From assembly GCA_013265495.1 (NCBI GenBank), contig MU058065.1, forward strand, positions 10,395,720-10,459,719: 64,000 bases of DNA, written 5' to 3'. The position numbers were made by a program, and so were the translations under genes. Under the pieces are notes generated by a model that ran no database searches, was not told the DNA's origin, and saw nothing but the letters and a program-made list of their open reading frames with translations. Shown piece by piece: positions 26,196-38,843 of the stretch. This DNA comes from Vicugna vicugna. Lineage: Eukaryota. The stretch's first letter is position 1, and each line of letters opens with the position of its first letter.

Positions 26196-28689
26196 CAATC
26201 AAACCATGATTACTGGTATTAAATCTCCATCTGTTTGAAAACTTTGTCTATTTTTGTATTGGTTATGAAATCAGGCTGAGGAAGAAGTTGTTATTTATTC
26301 CCAACATATGGAAACAAAAGGGAAAAGGTCTCTTCTTTTACCACAAGCCATATATCGAAACAAAATCACTTTGCCTATGTTCAGGCAATCACATGTTCAC
26401 ACCTGAGACGTTTGCTCTTGAGCAAGCAATGTTGCATTGATAAAGCAATGCAGACAAAGGGAGGGTAATGACATGGTAGTGCTGGTGACCATCTAGTGTG
26501 TTTGTCTATCTGAGGGCTCTGGAGGTGTTCAGTGGTTGCAGTGATATATATTTTGTGGTGGTTTGCTACCTAACCCATCTGTGTTCTTGCCCTTTTTCTG
26601 AGTTTAGCTCTTGAGCTTTGCCATGTTCTTATTCTTTGTTTACAATCCCTCCTTGTTGAGTTTTAAATGATTCCATGCTAACACAATAGTATGAAATACT
26701 AGTGATTCATGAAGGAAATATAATCTTTTAAAAGTACATATATAGTGTACAGTACAATAGAGAATATCACATACTGGTAATTATTTGTGAAATTTCAATT
26801 AAAGCAGTTAATCACAGACAACAAAGGAAATTTAAAAATTAGTGAGAATGTTGACGTAATTATCTCTGGACTGAAGTTAATCTCAAGAAAGCAATAAAAC
26901 TAGATAAATAAATTCAATAAATTCACTCTTAAACCAAATATTATCTGTATGTTTTAAAGAACTTAGTCATAGAAATCACTCAGTTGCTGGCAATTGCTAC
27001 AAATGCACCTAGAGCCCCTAAATTTATAACAATTTAACTAGGAAAGAACATAAATAGAACTACATTAGGAAAGTGTCATTTCACATTGTTTGACTGAATA
27101 CACAGCACTTTGAACATTGAAAAGAGTATCATCCAGTGTCAGGGGTCGTATGTTCAATGTCACCTTCAGTGTGTGTGAACAAATACCTTATAATATATCT
27201 GTAACTAATTATTTTCACTTATTTTGCAGTTTGTACCTTATTAAATTTTTATCAACCTCGAAGAATGCAACAGAATATCAGAGAGAGGCATTTCCAAACT
27301 CATAATAAATGTTTCAAAAGAAGTTGAAATGTTCCCTTGTTTAATTCATAACTGAAATATAAGGTGAATTTTCAAAGGCAGTGGCAAACTTAATGAAGGG
27401 AAAATATGAAGCATACCAGGTTTTGGCTCTGAAAATGTTTAGGTAATACAAAATATAAAATGATTCCTGAACCGTACCTTAACTTTATTGTACCAACATC
27501 ATGTAGTGCATTCTGTATCAAAGCATATTTAATTCTGACTGAGCCTTAACGTCTCATTATTTTTACATACACTGAATAATGCTGAATTTAAACACTCACA
27601 CCTATATATAGATTTCTTAGAACATTAGATAATAAAGAAATGGAAATTTATTAATACAAATAAAACATCATTTTAATATATGTGAAACATATGTGAAAAT
27701 GTGAAAATATTAATCAGGGATAAAGGCAAATAGAATAACCAGAGGCTCCTATCCAAAAAAAAAAAAATGAGGAAGGAAGGGAACAACCTGAGACAGTTTC
27801 TGACTATATTAACTTCAGTTTAGGAGAACAGATAAGCGCCTCTTAGTGACTGACCCACTTGGAAATGTGGAAGGCAAATAATACGCCAGGTGTGCTGTCC
27901 TGATGACCCCTCCCAGGAAATCAGTCTAATCAGTGCTGATGTGCACACTGGGGCAGGCTGTACTGTGCACAAAGATGCTTAACCAGGGGATTGAAATCAT
28001 GCCTGTGTTTCATTCACCAAGTCATGGACCTTGGCTCTGTCAGTCTGGGGAGGTTGTTAGTATGAAGAGATTGTGTCATCCTGGAGAGCTGCCAGAATCA
28101 CACTCAGTCACCATAGGGGCAAGCACCAGTGCTGATACACTTTTTCAGACTCTGTCTGATGAGCAGTTTTGATATTGGCCATTGGATCATTATAAAGGAA
28201 AGAATGGTTGTCCAATTCAGTAATTTCTTTTAGTTTAATTCATCAATCAAGGATGCACCTATGTGCGAATGAGTAACATACATGTAGAAGTTCTGCTGTG
28301 CATAAACAAGTAGAAAACATTGGTACTTTGATGGGTTCAAGTACTTTGATGTTAGAAATTACTCTTGTAGTGTAGAATGGAGTTAAGTTTCACCAGGCCT
28401 TTTTTGCATCCCTCCACTTCCAGAAGCCATATACTTTAAAGTTCTGGTGTAATATAAAATAAGACAATACACCGTTCAGTACAGTTTTGTGCCATGGGAA
28501 TCAAACCTGACTCAGACACATCAAAACAATAACTTCCCAAGTTTCCTTTCTCCAGTTTCGCATCCTTCTCAGTACAGTACCATCACTCCTCATAGTTACA
28601 TGGGAAAAGGGAAGAAGGTGGCCTTTTGTTCTGAACAGCTTATAGTCTGTGTTATCAGAGCTGCTCGTGGAAATCACTAGCCAGTGCTC

Positions 28690-29035
28690 ATAGCCCTGAG
28701 CATTTGGACTTGTTTCCCTCAGCTGAAACTCCTCACTCCCAAGCTCCATCTCTTCCAAGATATCTGTACTGCTAATTCCTTCTGCTCCAATTTCTCAGAA
28801 AGTCATTTCCCTGACTTCCCTATCTAAAATTGCATCACCTCACAAACTCCCTTTCCCAATTCCCTTCTTATATTTTACTTCTCATCACTTATCACCTTAT
28901 AATATACAAAATTTTTATTTGAATATCTTATTTATTGTCTCTGTCTTCCACTAGACCTGTTCACTGAATCATGAGGCCCAGTTAAGTGCATGGTATGAGA
29001 GGCACTCTGAGTATTTGTGCCATTTGAATGAATGG
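28690..29035 (+). mobile_element. L2 3' region
   Basis: TTCCCTGACTTCCCTATCTAAAATTGC...TTTATTGTCTCTGTCTTCCACTAGA...ending TTTGAATGAATG. Confidence 0.75.
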
Positions 29036-29335
29036 TGAACTCTCAACATTTGATCCTCACAATCAATTATACATTAAAATAAACTAGCTCGTTTTGAAAA
29101 TTTAGTACACCATACCAAAGTACAGAAACCTAACTGAACTTTGTATAGCCTTGTTGAAAGTAGTACATTAATAAGCAGAAGGCTGAAGGCATGTTTAAAA
29201 AAAGTTTTTATTAATTCATTTACTTTGGAGGAAAAAGGAAAAATTGATAGACATTCAGAACCATCCTGCCTTTAGTGCCAGCAAATGTTCATGGGTAGGT
29301 TTGCCTCATTTTTCAGACCTTATCAGTTACATAAA

Positions 29336-29439
29336 AAAATGACTAAATGGCATTTATCATAAATTTTAATTTAACTCTGATGGTAACAAAATGACTAGAT
29401 GGCATCTATTATAAATTTTAATTTAACTTTGATGATAGT
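29336..29439. repeat. Two-copy 52-bp tandem duplication
   Basis: AAAATGACTAAATGGCATTTATCATAAATTTTAATTTAACTCTGATGGTAAC followed by AAAATGACTAGATGGCATCTATTATAAATTTTAATTTAACTTTGATGATAGT. Confidence 0.95.
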
Positions 29440-31249
29440 ATTCCTGGTCTTAGTAGTGAAATTATTTTTCCTCACCAAATTATATTCTGGATAATACTGA
29501 CCAACTTTTAGATATGCTTTTTTATGATGTACAAGAATTTGTTTATAGATTTCCCTGCCCTGTTAAATTGAGTGCTTCGGGGTATGTGTTAATGCTTTAT
29601 ATCTACCTGCTAATACTTGCCAGAGCTCTATGTCTTTTTTTTTTTCCCCAGAGCTCTATATCTCAAAGTAAATTGCAGTCTAATATGATTATGTATATAA
29701 ACATATGATTATGCTTTTCTTAAGAAAGAACAATGCATGCATATGTATGTATAAGTATCTATCTAATCTTATACACTACATCTATATATATATAGAGAGA
29801 GATAGCTATAATTTTTATGTTAACATAGAGAAGCAGATAGGAAGATATGTCTCATTGGCCACTTTAAGAATTAGAAGAGGGGACAGAGTGATTATTAACT
29901 TTCAAAACTGCTGGACTTATTGCTAACAGAACTATTAAACAACAACGACAACAAGATAAACATCTTGAGTTGGGAGATTAGAATCACCTTTTTTAATGAT
30001 TACTGCTTAGGCAAATTCAGGGAAGTATTTTCTTTGTTTTGTTTTGCAGTGGAACGAAAGCAGCTCAATGCTAATATTTTCAGAGCACAGAAATCTTTGA
30101 AGGTCAGCCAACATTTTAACCACTAGCATGCCAAACATTATCTGATGTCTAGAAATTTTTGATTGATTTCTAGCAAGAGAAATCATAATATCTATGTCTT
30201 ACACTGGTCATTACTTGCGTGCCTGTAGATTTATATCTATTCCTCTCTATATACCTGTCCATATATCACCAAAATGCTACTATTGATGGTTCTTAATATC
30301 CAAAATATAGAAAATAAAGCATAATTTCCTCCCTAATATCCACCATAGTGATGGAAAGGATATTACTCAAGCAGGAGTGTGACCATCAACTCCAGATGAT
30401 GGCACGGACCTTATGAATATCTGCTAAAAAATATTTACTTCTCCCATCTGAGAGTGGTAGTATTTGGGGTCTGCTGTTATTTTTTCCTAGTGGTGTGTAG
30501 TTTATCACATCTTTCTTGGATATTAGACATTTCTCAGTGCATATATTCTTTTGCAACTATATAAAGTTTGGAAGAAGAAGCTGGCAACTCCTTTCTTCTA
30601 ACTCTTACCTATACAAGAATGAAGATCTAGGAAGCTTAACAAAACTGGAACATAATCCATGTGTTCGTTGGGGCAACTGCAGCTCACACGTGTAATTGTG
30701 GAAGATAGGCAATAGGAGTAGTTATTAAGAATGAGGCTCTGTTTTGTGATTTTGCTAGTTGAAATTATATAATCTTTAAGAATGGGAAAGCTTGAAAAAA
30801 ATTGCCTATATATTTCTGGTGAAATTAATCAATACCTAATTATTTAGAAGCTGTAAATGCTATCTTTGGCTGACATGCTCACAAAATGTGTTTTCTTCTG
30901 TCAATAAAGGCCAATAAATCAGAAATCTAGCATAAGGGAGGTTATTACAGAGGACAAAAGACTCACCCTTATTTTTGCACTTAGCTGTTTCATCAATTTG
31001 ATGGTATTTATGCCACTGTAATAAGAAAAAAGAAAGATATTGGGCCTTACAAATATAATTGGAAAATAGTAGCAAACTGATAATACTGAAACCATACAAA
31101 ACAATTAAAAGACCTTTTTTACCAGGACATTAGCAAAGCAACTCCTGAGATAATGAAAGTAAATATCACCATGTTAACCTTAAGAATATATATAAATATG
31201 TCATGCATTGGTCTTCTTTATTTACTTAAGTGTTTATTTTTAAATCTGA

Positions 31250-31686
31250 AATCAGGTTTCATTGATTATAGTGGGTGCCTGAAGACCCCTATCAGATCTA
31301 AGGCATATTCCCTCAGTTGCTGGAAAGTTTGACTATTGATGGCTTAGCGCTAAATTCCTCAGGCTAAGAGAACCATCTCACTCAATGTCAAAACCTTCCC
31401 CATGAGCAGCCTCTTTAGTGACTATTCAACGCTGGGTATATTGGTTTTCCCTGTTTCATTTGTCTCAAGGGACAACTCTAAAGGACCATCCTGGCTCCAG
31501 AATCCTTGTGGGATCACCTGCTGTAGAACATTTGTTGTGCCTTCATAAAATAATCACAAGATTTCTCTCTGTCTGATTCTATTGTCTGTATTTCCTTACA
31601 GGTTTTGATTTTAGGCTAGTCACCAATTAACTTCTTACATGAAAATCTCCTTCTCAGATCTTGTTTCCCATCACACCAGACCTACT
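31250..31686 (+). mobile_element. LTR16-like (ERV-L) solo LTR
   Basis: CTCAGTTGCTGGAAAGT...GGGACAACTCTAAAGGACCATCCTGGCTCCAGAATCCTTGTGGGATCA...AAATCTCCTTCTCAGATCTTGTTTCC. Confidence 0.75.
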
Positions 31687-32689
31687 GATACTGATAAGCA
31701 AAAACTATGTACTTAGGTTTAAAATTATATCATACAAATAATTTTTAATGGAGAAATTATATGACAGAATAACACCCTCCCTTCTACTTACATTCCTCAC
31801 CATTTCTTTCTGTCATAACTTACATCACACATGCTTTTATACTTTTCTATAAACTCAGAAATTCTGTCTTAGATTTAGATTTCCTTCACATCAGTGAGAA
31901 CAATCTGTTAGTAATTAGCCTGTCATCAATTATATTCTGCTTCTAAGATCACTGAGTTTGGCTTGTTAGTATTACTAGGACTTAAACTTTAGAGACCTCA
32001 TTGATTTCAACCTACATTTGGGGAAAATCACCAGTAAACATAGGTTTGTTTTTTATTTATTTATCTATCTATCTGTCTATCATCATCATCATTACTTATC
32101 TGGGCATTAAATAATATTTTCATTGGATTGCTTCTACACTAAGCCTATAACTAATACATTAATAAAATATCTTTCTTCAAATATTTTCTTTATATGCATC
32201 ATAGAGTTTCTAGATTCCATTAATGTTTATACTCCTAACAAATAAAATAGAATCAGTTTTATACTATTGGAAATTACATATAAAAACATGTACCTGCAAA
32301 TGAACATCAATATGTAAATGTAGATGTCTCATGGTGAAACCAACCCATTAGTCACTAGAAAATAATATAATTCTAACTTCATCTTAAAACTTTTCTTCTT
32401 GCCAGATATAATGTACAAACTTAAAAATGCATAAACATAAATACACAGTGCAGTAAACATCTATAAAGAAAACACCTATGCAATCTATAATGTGAGCCAA
32501 GAAATAGAACAATGTCAGAGGCTCAGAAGCACCTGTTGGTGCCCCTCCCTGACATTGCACCCTTCTCTTTATCCTAGAAGTACCACTATCTTTGCTTTAT
32601 AATTTTACCTCTACAAACATTTAATGATCCAGTGATTGACTGGTTAACCCTAAAATCAACATGTTGTTTAATTTGAAGATCTTGAAGAT

Positions 32690-33895
32690 CTCAGACATCT
32701 TATTTAACTGACCATGGACATTGGTATTTTGATACCCCTGGTAACCTAACACTCAATATACTCCAATATTAACTTATTAAATCCTACCCATGCTGGACTA
32801 TCCTCTTCTATTCCGTTGCTACATTTTGTATTTCATTGATAGCATCAACTCCCACACTTCAAATTCTAAAACCTGAAATTGATTCTTTACTTATTTCCTT
32901 TTCTTGTATGCTTCTGTATAAACTAATCCCTGTTCTGTTTTCTTCCAAATTATTCCCATTGTCCGTCTTTCTCTCTTTTTATCTGTAGCACTACCTGATA
33001 GAGCCCTTCTCCATATGTGTACTGGAATATTGCAGTAGCCACTTATTCCTCTTCTTGCTTTAGTCTCAGCACCTTAGTCCCTTCCCTACCTCACCTCCAA
33101 AGTAATTTTATGAACCATAATTTTAATAATATATTTTCTCTGTTCAAGTCTCTGATGCTTCCCTTTTGTCTGTGAGACAAAGTCCCAGAATTTCACATGT
33201 CATACAAATAAATTCATATGCTGGCCCCATTCAATTTCTTCCTCCTCATAACATTATCTCTCCCTCACTTTACACTACAGTAATGTCAGTGTTATTATGT
33301 TTTCCTAGGCAAACCATAGTGTTTGCTGACAATACTTACTCTTTCTCTTCACTAGCCCATATTTCCTTCCCATACACAATTACATTTTTAGAAACTTTTT
33401 TAATTGGAGTATTGTTGATTTACAATGTTGTGTTAGTTTTTGGTGTACAGCATAGTCAGTTACACATACATATATATAGATATATATTGTTTTTCATATT
33501 CTTTTTTATTACATGTTATTACAAAATATTGAGTATAGTTCCCAGTGCTATACAGTAGAACCTTGTTGTTTATCTGTTTACATACAGTAGTTTGAGTTTG
33601 GGATTTGCAGAAACTTTTTTTTAATCATTCATTCACTTGATCTTCTCCTGGGATAACCTTCGTCCCAGAAGTCAGCATTCTCTCTTCAACACTATCTCGG
33701 TACCTTGGAAACCTACTTCTGTTTTTGCACTTATCACAATGTCACAACATATTGCAATACATTCCAGTGACGTGTTTGTTACTCCTACCAGCTGTGAACT
33801 TGAAATTAAGATAAAATCTAGTATATGTATATATACTTAGACATAAGCATAGCTCCTATTGCATAGATGATCTATCAATACATAGTCAATTGAAT
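32690..33895 (+). mobile_element. L2 fragment interrupted by an L1 3' end
   Basis: Pyrimidine-rich L2 motifs (TGGAATATTGCAGTAGCC, GCACTTATCACAATG), with a tail ending TCAATTGAAT. Confidence 0.7.
33401..33608 (-). mobile_element. Cetartiodactyl-type L1 3' end with a TSD, nested in L2
   Basis: TAATTGGAGTATTGTTGATTTACAATGTTGTGTTAG...TATAGTTCCCAGTGCTATACAGTAGAACCTTG; AGAAACTTTTT lies on both sides (33390 and 33609). Confidence 0.85.
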
Positions 33896-34531
33896 CTTTC
33901 CTTAAACTCTTTGTTTTTGTGTCATATTAATTCATATTTCTTGAGGCAACACATGAGTATTTTGCTGATCTTAATTCCTCATTTTTCCATTGTTTCTTTG
34001 AAAAACTTGATATTGATTGAAGGGGCCCATGCGAAGTTACGCATGTCCAGACCTACCAGTTCAACCAACCACTGAATGATCCAGACTCAAATCACATCCT
34101 TCTCTGTGACTAAAAGAATCTAAGCCTGTATTTATAAACACACTTTATTGTCATATTGTCTATTATAGTATAAACCATCTTGGAAAAATTAGTCCTTTTT
34201 ATCAGATTTAAAATGTGCATGTTAACCAGTGGCTTTATCCAAGAAGTAAATATATATAGTTTATGCTGATCATTAACATGTTCAAAATTTAGATGGCAAA
34301 TTTATATTTCTTTTGAACTTTCTCTGTTTTTATTTATTTTCTGAAATTACTCTTTGAAATGAGCTATTATAAATAGAAAATTTGAGAAATTAAGTTCTTT
34401 GTCTACTCTTTTTCTTTCCTAATGGGAAAGAATAGTACACCTCCTCATATTTCTATATGCTGAAGAAAAAGGGTGTAATGTTTATGTTTTGGCACCAAAT
34501 TGCTCTAACATGCAGCTTTTCTTTCTTCTAG

Positions 34532-34555
34532 GTGAACACTTTTCTCATTTATGAG
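34532..34555 (+). other. Candidate 24-nt microexon (VNTFLIYE in phase 0) of an unidentified host gene
   Basis: CTAAC branch point (34505-34509), TGC at 34511, pyrimidine tract CTTTTCTTTCTTCT, AG acceptor (34530-34531), donor GAG|GTATTA, and TGCATG at 34562; the other two phases contain stops. Confidence 0.55.
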
Positions 34556-35747
34556 GTATTATGCATGCTGCTGCTTTCTTCTTAATTCTTTTCATTAAAT
34601 TTGATTGTATAAACTGCTGTTTTACTGTGAAGATCATGATCAACCCTTGCTAATTTGTAAATTGTTTTTACCAGTTTGGTGTAATTATAAAAATAATAAA
34701 ACTCATAGAAACAGGATAAAATAGCCTTTCAAAATCTTTCCTTGGCATTCTTTTCTCCCCATAAGATGCAACATTAATATTTTGCAGAAATAACTGTGAT
34801 ATTCTAGTCTTGGTTTACTGCTGCAGAACTGATAAATACCTGAAAATTGCATCTTTAATAGTATTAAAAGATTGCAATTTGTAGCACAGTAATGGTTTAC
34901 ATTTAATGATACTTTGTGTTGTAAAAGGAAGAGATAGAGAGCAACAGACTTTTCACCACATTTTGTGAATTCATGGTCACCTAAGGGGAGACTTCAGGCA
35001 AATGTGAAAGACAAACAGCAATACATTAGCTAGAGTTGAAGCAAATCAGGAAGGTTATAGGAGCTGGTGTTATGGGACAAGACTGAACCTTTATTTTACT
35101 TTTTTAAAAAATCTTTTTGTATAGCACTTTATATTTTAGATTGCAGAGAGTCAAAATGTATACAGCTATTTTTTTTTTGGTGATAATTTTGCATCATTGG
35201 TTGTCCTTCCTTCCTCCCTTCTCTCTTTTGCTCTCTCCCTCCACCTATCTCTTATTTATTTGCTTATTTACTTAAATGACTTTTCCTAGGAATCATGAGT
35301 AAATACTTGTAAACTTGCATATTGGTGAATACATGCTTATAACCTGAGATGGTCAAATGAAAAAAAAAAAGAAATGCTTACCAAAGATGTAGATGACAAG
35401 CATGTCATTTCTTTTGATTGTACTTGTATAAACATATGGATACCTAATAAATAATTTACTGTGGCATACCTCATTACTAAAGTAAAGATGTTAAGACATC
35501 CTTTGCAATACAGTCAGATTAATATTCCAAACGCACAACCCAAATCATATCCTTTCAATGCAAGTAAATGTTCACTGGTATTCTACTTTCTATAAACAAT
35601 GTGCTGCTCTGTCTGGCATTCAAGACTTTCGAACCATGAATTGAATCTTTCCAGCCTATCCTCTTCCGTTTGCTATTCCCTCCTCCATGCTCCAGTCAAA
35701 TGGAGTACACACTTCCAGATCATGCTCCATATTTCTTAGGTGACTTT

Positions 35748-36402
35748 TAAAATTTTGTGATAAAATATACATGATTTGAAATGTATCATTTTAACCATGT
35801 TTAAGGGTACAGTTCAGTGGCATTACGTGCATTCACAGTGTTGTGCAACTATCATGACTATCCATTTCTAGAACTTTTCATCATCCTAAATAGAAAGTTT
35901 TTACTCATTAAACAGTAACTCCCCCATTCCCCATTCCCCACTCACCATTAGCCTCTGGCAACCTCTATTCTGCTTTTTGTCTCTGAATTTTACCACTCTA
36001 GTTACCTCATGTAAGCAGTATCACATAAGATTTGTCCTTTTGTGTCTGGCTGATTTCACTTAGCTTGATGTCTTCAAGGTTCATCCATGTTGTAGCATAT
36101 GTCAGAATTTCCTTTCCTTCTAAGTCTGAATAATATTTCATTGTAGAGTCAACTCTTGAAAAACGAAGGGGATAATCTAAGTATAACTTATAGTCTGAGC
36201 TTAGTATCCACAGTTCCTTCACATCCTCAGATTCAGCCAACCACTGACCATATAATACTGTAGTAAGTACTACTGAAAAATATTCACATATAAGTGGATC
36301 TGTGCAGTTCAAACCCACATTGTTCAAGGGTCAACTGTATATGTGATACATTTTATTGATTCATTCATCTGTTGACGTACATTTGGGTTATTTCCATCTT
36401 TT
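35748..36402 (-). mobile_element. L1 (L1MA/MB-like) 3' end containing a nested Tigger MITE
   Basis: ACAGTTCAGTGGCATTACGTGCATTCACAGTGTTGTGCAAC...TGTCTGGCTGATTTCACTTAGC...; the ORF track peptide EILTYATTWMNLEDIKLSEISQ is the L1 ORF2 C-terminus. Confidence 0.9.
36146..36337 (-). mobile_element. Tigger2a/MER28-like MITE inserted at a TA in L1
   Basis: TA|GAGTCAACTCTTGAAAAAC ... ATTGTTCAAGGGTCAACTG|TA; homologous to 11273-11443 in the opposite orientation. Confidence 0.88.
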
Positions 36403-36499
36403 CCAAAAAGTTTTACCAAAGCTTCTTTTCCAGATCTCATATGGTCTATTGTATGTCTCTACCTGGAATCTCTTGCCCAGAAGTCTGTGGGTTTATAGT

Positions 36500-36985
36500 C
36501 CCCTTAGAGCATTTACATGCAGTCCTTACCAGTTTTCCTACCTGCTTTTGAATTTTGTGAGCAAGTCCATCCTTCAGGTATCCCTGACATGTTGAAAGAG
36601 ATGTGCATAATAATTTGCAAATAAAGTCTTCTCTATTCCCTTCTTTTGGAAGGAGGGAATGGGGAACCCTAGGCTGCCACTATTTAAGGCCAAGACCAAG
36701 ACTGCTACTGAGGTTGGTTTGGTGGGAGGGTAGTTGAGTAAAATGTCACAAAATTTTTCTACCGTTCTGAAGGTGGCCTTTTCTTTTTTTTTTTTTTTAA
36801 GGTGGCCTTTTCTTAATTAGGTGTTCTTGTGCTTTCTATAAACCCTTGATTGTTTTCTAGAGCTCCAACAAAGTTGTTTCAGACAGACTCTAGTTGTTTG
36901 TTTTTTTGTTTGCTTGTTTGTTTTTTGATGTTTCTTCCTATGGGAAAATAGGAACTTAGGGCTTCCTAGTCTGCCATATATCTGC
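36500..36985 (-). mobile_element. Old L1M 5' region fragment
   Basis: TTCTAGAGCTCCAACAAAGTTG...GCTTCCTAGTCTGCCAT (antisense ATGGCAGACTAG start motif). Confidence 0.55.
36770..36814 (-). mobile_element. Poly(A)-only retroposition with a 16-bp TSD
   Basis: AAGGTGGCCTTTTCTT (36770-36785), T13, AAGGTGGCCTTTTCTT (36799-36814), then AA. Confidence 0.8.
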
Positions 36986-37479
36986 GCTTCATTTTTTTTT
37001 AATCACTGTAATTTGCCTGGGAACAGATCCTCCATTCTACACAGACTCTCCAAAGCTTCACATAAATATTAGACCATTTCTTTCTGAACATATAACATAT
37101 TCTCTTTTGCATTGATTTTTTTCTCAATTCTATCCATTAGAAGTGACCTTTCACCTCCCATGAGCACATCAAAATAATGTTTCTCAAGCTTGAATGATGA
37201 TTTTTTTAAAGAAAAAATAATCCTCACTGAGTCTGTTTTTCACTTTTATAAATTACTTCTGTATTTTCATTTTAAATATATTTAATATGTACAAACTTAA
37301 AATATATTCATTTGGTAGAATACTCATACTGTTACTATACCTGAAACAAAATATAACAAAGCTATAAACATCACTATGATTCATATTGACATTTCTGTTA
37401 TATTATAAGGACTAAGATTGTTTTGCTCAAAATCTTGGGTTTAATAAGATAGATAAATATTTGTGTGTTCATTGATCTA

Positions 37480-38600
37480 TAGGTTCAACTTAATTTCTAT
37501 CAGAAGTCCAACTTGTTTTTTGCAGAAATTGACAAGGAAATATTAAAATTTTTGTGGAAATGAAAGGGATCAGAATATCTAAAATAGCCTTAAAAAACAA
37601 GAACGAGTTTGGTGGTCTCAACTTCTCCAATTTTAAAACTTACTGCACAGCTACAGTAATAAAGAAAGTGTGATGTGACATGAGGATGGACATATAGACC
37701 ACTGGAGTATAAGTGAAATTCTAAAAATAAACTCATATTTCTATGTTCAGTTATTTTTTACAAGGTTTCTGAGACAGTTTGATGGGGCAACAACAAATTT
37801 TTCAACAAATGGCGCTAGGACAACCAAATATCCCTGTGAAAAAGAATGAAATTGGAACTCTTCTTTATACCAGCTACAAACATTTGCTCGATACGGATTA
37901 TAGGCCTAAATTTAAGAGCTAAAACTGTGAAACTCTTAGAATTGTAGGAGTAAATCTTTGTGACCTTGGGTTAGGCAATAGTTTCTTAGATATGACAGCA
38001 AAAGCACAAGCGAGAAAGAAGGGAAGGAAGGAAGGAAGAAGGAGAGGAAGAAAGGAAGGAAATAGATAAATTGCACTGCATAAAAATTAAAAACTTTTAT
38101 GCTGCAAATGATATTAAGAGAGTGAAAACACAGTCAACAGAATGGGAAAAATTTTCAGAGCATAAATAGTATAAAGATATTCAATATAGATAAAGAGCTC
38201 TAGCAACTCAATAATAGAAAGACAAGTAACCCAATTGAAAAGTGGACGAAGGATTTGAATACACATTTCTCTGAAGTAGTTATACTAATGACCCAGAGCA
38301 CAAGAAAATATGTTCAACTGGATGTTCAATATTCAATTATTTGCTTTAAAATGCAAATGAAAGCCACAATGAAATACTTCTTACATCAATTGGTATTGAT
38401 TTAATTAAAATATAGATAGTAACAAGTGTTGATGAGAATGTGGTGAATTTGGAACTCTCTTTCATTGTTTATGGGAATATGAAATGGTGCAGTTTCTTTG
38501 AAAAATAGTGTGACGGTTCTTCATATTGTGAACCAGAGTTATCATATGCCCAGGAATTTTACTCCTAGGTATATAGCCAAAAGAATTGATATCATGTGTT
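37480..38600 (+). mobile_element. L1 ORF2 3' half (decayed, L1MB-like) with an internal (GGAA)n
   Basis: TTTTGCAGAAATTGACAAG, CAGCTACAGTAATAAAGAAAGTGTG, TTTTCAACAAATGGCGCTAGGACAAC, TTTTACTCCTAGGTATATAGCCAAAAGAA. Confidence 0.9.
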
Positions 38601-38601
38601 C

Positions 38602-38655
38602 TCACACACACACACACATACATACACATACACACACATACATGCATACACACAA
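38602..38655. repeat. (CA)n/(CATA)n microsatellite
   Basis: Seen directly. Confidence 0.9.
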
Positions 38656-38843
38656 ACATAAAGCTAGTTAAGGCTAAGTTATGTAGGTTGGTTAAAAGAG
38701 ATCTCTCTGGAGCTAATATTTGACAAGAAAGAGTGAGAAAGCCCAACATGTCATGTTCTGAGGGTAGAACATTGCAGAAAAAGTTCTGAAAAATCATATA
38801 ACTCATAATTTTATAGCTTCTAAAAATTATTTAATTACAAACA

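Noticed and set aside
33166..33558. Longest ORF (130 aa, hydrophobic)
   Set aside because: It reads through L2 into an antisense L1 3' UTR; the hydrophobicity reflects T-richness.
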